DNA of 64,000 nucleotides from Bdellovibrionota bacterium (GTDB lineage: Bacteria > Bdellovibrionota_C > UBA2361 > JAAYZI01). A program made the translations under genes and the position numbers. Below, piece after piece: positions 60,500-64,000 of the stretch. Where the stretch lies: NCBI GenBank assembly GCA_050950765.1, contig JBMNIF010000002.1:96001-160000 (forward strand). Reading direction: 5' to 3'. The stretch's first letter is position 1. The number at the start of each line of letters is the position of its first letter. Under the pieces are notes generated by a model, which did not search any database, was not told the origin of the DNA, and saw only the letters and a list, made by a program, of their open reading frames with translations.

Positions 60500-63400
60500 T
60501 TAAAACTCAAGCCAGTATCCAAGATCTTCATATATTTTTATACGATCAGGTTGCTGCAAAGCATTAAAGAACCTTACTCCCAAAGCTGGATTAATTCCTC
60601 GCGGTTTATTGAGATAACGAGAGATCGCGCCGTTTATCTGCGCAACAAAACAAGAACTATCTTCTATATTACTGATATAATCGGTAGCAACGTCAGCCAA
60701 AAACCTGATAGGGATCTCCAACGTTTTACAGGTAATAGACGTATGCAATATATTAAGTCTATCGATCCGCTCCTGAACGGAGGCTTCCGAAAAGGTTGGA
60801 TCGTTATTAATTGTCGCATAAGCATAATCAACCCCGTGCTCTTTAGCTAGCCAGATAGAATCAAGTAAATAGATAGCCTCTCTAAAAAGTTTTCTCTGAT
60901 CGGTACGTGCAGCGACATTACTTATAAGGGTATTAAAAAAGCCTTCGGCTTTAGCAGCCTCTCTTTCAATATCTGCAACAAGGAGCTTTACACCTACCCT
61001 TTTAATTCCATCCAGAGATCCTTCTGCACACCTTCTAAAATCATAGTTTTCATTGATAGCCTCTGTAAGTTGATATTCAGAATAGATCGGCTTTAAAAAT
61101 TGTTGCCTCTTAGATTCGACTTTTCTCTTAATAGCATTAAAATTTTCTTCAAAAGACGTTAAAAACCAAGCCTCAACCTCCTTTGCCTTTTCTGTACCCA
61201 GCATAAGCTCCGTTTTTTTTACTAACGCGGCTAGATGTACCCCATATAAAGGAGCATCAAAGTTCAAAGGTAAACTAACACGTTCCAGAGAAAAGGCTGA
61301 AGTCGGATAGGTAAAACAGGCATCAATAGGATTGCCGTCGCTATCGAATTTATCTACTATCTCATCAAGAGTTTCAAAGAATTTCCTTCTTGCCGCTATA
61401 TTTGTAGCTGCAAGCTTTCCTAACATAATAGCGTAACTAGAAAAGAATTCTTCAGAAGGTGCAACATCAGAGAGTAGCTGCATCCTACCTAGCGCCTTGC
61501 CGTTTACATAATTTCTTAATATAAACGGCACCTCTTCTATTTTCGCATCACCGATCGGAAGGTTTTCAAAGATACTTTCTGAACAACGCGCCCCAAGTTC
61601 ACTCATAAACCACTTCTGCCATTTAAAAAAAGTTTTACACAACTCCTCTTGGCGTTCTGCAGAGCCAGAAGACATATCGCGATACTTTTTAAAAGAAGCT
61701 CCAGATTGTGAAAATTGTCTACCCCACAATGCTTTAGGTTGCGCACTCCCCGTCCCATACTGCACAACGAATGACATCCTTTCAGGATACCAATATTTTT
61801 TCACAAATTCAGGATCAGGGTCTCTTAAGGAATAACGTTCTGGGAAAGTAGCAACAAACGACCAATCTAGATCAGGATGTCTTTCAAGAACCATATTTTG
61901 CAAGCGCTCTACCTTCGGATTGATATCTTCTGGAAAGATATATTCTCGCTGATACCACTCCTTTGTATTTTTATCTTTCCAATAAATTGTGGTGTCCTCA
62001 GAACCGTCTCCGACCTCATGGCGCACAAGGTAGTACCTATGCCCATTATACATAATAAGCTCTGCTTTATTTAGATCGGAAGGCTTCTCGAACCCTAAGG
62101 GGCGCATCCCCAGATGTACTTTACCATTATCATCTCGCCAGCCGATAAAACCGCACTTCTCTACTTTATGTCTTCCTGTCAACTCTGACGGCAGGCTACT
62201 TAACGCCGTTTCTCTATTAAGCCCACGGTTAATAGCATATTGGATAGTTACCCATTGTTCATTTTGCGGATCATTTTCCCAAAATATTTCAGCTGTATTT
62301 TTACGATAGGTTTCAATAAAACCTTTCAGGGCGGTAAAGACTTTATCTTTTTTCTCGCTCCATTCATTTTCCGCGATACTTTGCGCAAGGTTATTGACCT
62401 GCACTAATTTTTCAAAGAGGCTTTTTAAAACACTTTCATTAGTTTCTCTGAAATATTGCCCATCTTTATCTTTTGCAACTACCAACAACTCAAAGTTTGA
62501 AGTTCCTACTGTATTCTTTTTTCTACCACAAGCTAACTCTTCAAGCCTTTTCAGGAAGAGCTCTCTATCATCACTAACTTCCTGTAACTTCGCAAAGGTA
62601 GTCAACGTCATCAAACGCTCATGTGTGGCAGCAACATAAAAGACTTCATTTCCACCTTCCGTAATAAAAAGATCTTTTTCAAGCGCCCTGCGAGCAGCAT
62701 CAATATCTTCTACAAAAAAGTTGGGGGCTTTATCCAACATTCCAATCTTACGCAGCTCTTTAAGATTTTCCGGACTTCCTTCAAAAGCCACGTCCACGTC
62801 GTTAATCCCCATAGACTGCACTAATTCAACAGCTGCTACTAATTTCTCCAAAGTTTTTTTCTGGTGCTTGGGGTCTCTTCCCATAACAGCGCTAAGCACT
62901 AATTTTCCGCCGACGATCCAAGCTCGCACACGACTTTCAATAATATCGTTTTTAAACTCTTCGGATAACTCGATACTGGAAATTCTTTTTGACAGTTCAG
63001 TAAGATCGCCATCGTAGGAAGGCTTTAATCGCTCCATCAATCTTTCATGTAGCTCATCTGTTAGATGTTTAATCCTTTCAAGTAATAGTAGATCATGAAT
63101 CGCTGGCGGTTGAAGATCTATACCTCGACAAGCGTTCTGGTCGACATAGATATTAACCAAGCGCCGCTCCTCGAGGCTACCTTCCAAGCACCGCTCCTCG
63201 GGGCTACCTTCTTGATTCGAAGTAAATCCGTAAGATCTCTGCCCGTTACGCAATTCGTTCTCAACTTCTTTAACACACTTAGCTAAGATTTTTTCAAATG
63301 CTTCGTTTTGTGAAGCGGTATATTTTTTAGGATCGGGGTTTTGAGTTTTGTTTAGTCGAAAGCTTGTATTCAGATTTATTGAACCTTGATCTACTACTGG

Positions 63401-63568
63401 AGGTTTGAGCACCTCTTGAGATAGGGACACTGTGCTGCCAGAGCTTGGATTCTGATTTACTGGAGGTACTGGTACCCCTTGAAATGAGGGATCTTCGCCT
63501 CTAGAGCTTAGATTCGGATCTGAGATAGCCGCCCTCATTTTTAGACACTCCATAGAAAAGCACCGCAA
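60500..63568 (-). CDS. Large hypothetical protein
   Basis: 1022-aa ORF; low-complexity N-terminus; no family recognised; start uncertain. Confidence 0.75.
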   Translation of the reverse strand: MRCFSMECLKMRAAISDPNLSSRGEDPSFQGVPVPPVNQNPSSGSTVSLSQEVLKPPVVDQGSINLNTSFRLNKTQNPDPKKYTASQNEAFEKILAKCVKEVENELRNGQRSYGFTSNQEGSPEERCLEGSLEERRLVNIYVDQNACRGIDLQPPAIHDLLLLERIKHLTDELHERLMERLKPSYDGDLTELSKRISSIELSEEFKNDIIESRVRAWIVGGKLVLSAVMGRDPKHQKKTLEKLVAAVELVQSMGINDVDVAFEGSPENLKELRKIGMLDKAPNFFVEDIDAARRALEKDLFITEGGNEVFYVAATHERLMTLTTFAKLQEVSDDRELFLKRLEELACGRKKNTVGTSNFELLVVAKDKDGQYFRETNESVLKSLFEKLVQVNNLAQSIAENEWSEKKDKVFTALKGFIETYRKNTAEIFWENDPQNEQWVTIQYAINRGLNRETALSSLPSELTGRHKVEKCGFIGWRDDNGKVHLGMRPLGFEKPSDLNKAELIMYNGHRYYLVRHEVGDGSEDTTIYWKDKNTKEWYQREYIFPEDINPKVERLQNMVLERHPDLDWSFVATFPERYSLRDPDPEFVKKYWYPERMSFVVQYGTGSAQPKALWGRQFSQSGASFKKYRDMSSGSAERQEELCKTFFKWQKWFMSELGARCSESIFENLPIGDAKIEEVPFILRNYVNGKALGRMQLLSDVAPSEEFFSSYAIMLGKLAATNIAARRKFFETLDEIVDKFDSDGNPIDACFTYPTSAFSLERVSLPLNFDAPLYGVHLAALVKKTELMLGTEKAKEVEAWFLTSFEENFNAIKRKVESKRQQFLKPIYSEYQLTEAINENYDFRRCAEGSLDGIKRVGVKLLVADIEREAAKAEGFFNTLISNVAARTDQRKLFREAIYLLDSIWLAKEHGVDYAYATINNDPTFSEASVQERIDRLNILHTSITCKTLEIPIRFLADVATDYISNIEDSSCFVAQINGAISRYLNKPRGINPALGVRFFNALQQPDRIKIYEDLGYWLEF

Positions 63569-63764
63569 GCACGGTGTACTACAAACTTACATCGCTGCAA
63601 GAAGCGACGATATAATACACTATTTTCTAATCTTTAGACCAGTTTTAGCACGGATAATCTTATGATATCGAATAAACTCTCCATTATCTGTTATCTATTT
63701 TTAAAGAAATGATAGTTATTGATTGTTTCTTTAATGTTGCAACAACGTTAGGTATTTACTTAGT

Positions 63765-64000
63765 TTATTTGGACGCACTCCATTTGCGTTGCAATCTTTC
63801 CAAAGCGCCGCCATAAGTCTGCTCAACTTGGTCTATAATTTGAGCTAATGTAAATTGTCCATCTTCGTCAAGGGTATTAGGGTGTGGCAGATACGCCAAG
63901 ATGCTAAAGGTGATCTCTTTTTCATTAACGAGGTACTTAGCAGCCTTCGACATCTTTTTAGCGAGCGCTATTATGTCAAAGGGGTAATAGTTCTCAACGG
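63765..64000 (-). CDS. 3' end of a hypothetical gene running off the window
   Basis: Frame of the 63765-63953 ORF stays open to position 64000. Confidence 0.55.
   Translation of the reverse strand, partial: VENYYPFDIIALAKKMSKAAKYLVNEKEITFSILAYLPHPNTLDEDGQFTLAQIIDQVEQTYGGALERLQRKWSASK

Noticed and set aside
1..64000. tRNA/rRNA genes and the many short antisense ORFs in the track
   Set aside because: No tRNA or rRNA signatures seen by eye; the antisense ORFs lie within well-supported genes.

Overview
AT-rich chromosomal window from a Gram-negative bacterium. The backbone holds pgl, rimO, the tolQRAB-pal-cpoB-ribF-rluD-pgeF operon, tpiA, a PfkB kinase, leuB, surE and an RND efflux pair. A Wzx/Wzy exopolysaccharide pathway is split over two blocks (6.2-14.4 kb and 45.1-51.2 kb). 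An accessory segment (about 29.8-44.7 kb) starts at the leuB terminator. It contains a 115-bp MITE-like element tandemly repeated between 52-bp copies of a gene 3' end, an IS1634-like element, and an intact type V-A CRISPR-Cas locus (cas12a-cas4-cas1-cas2) whose array is split by an IS3 element. The strongest signal is apparent CRISPR-versus-CRISPR targeting. The oldest spacer of the Cas12a array is a 27-nt piece of a type I-C CRISPR repeat, cut exactly where that repeat family supplies a TTTC PAM. Directly next to it lie remnants of a type I-C locus: a cas2 fragment and a single I-C repeat that matches the guide's seed but diverges further on. A mosaic repeat family with a GGTGCCACCC core occurs at two loci. 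All family assignments come from motif recognition by eye; no database searches were run.
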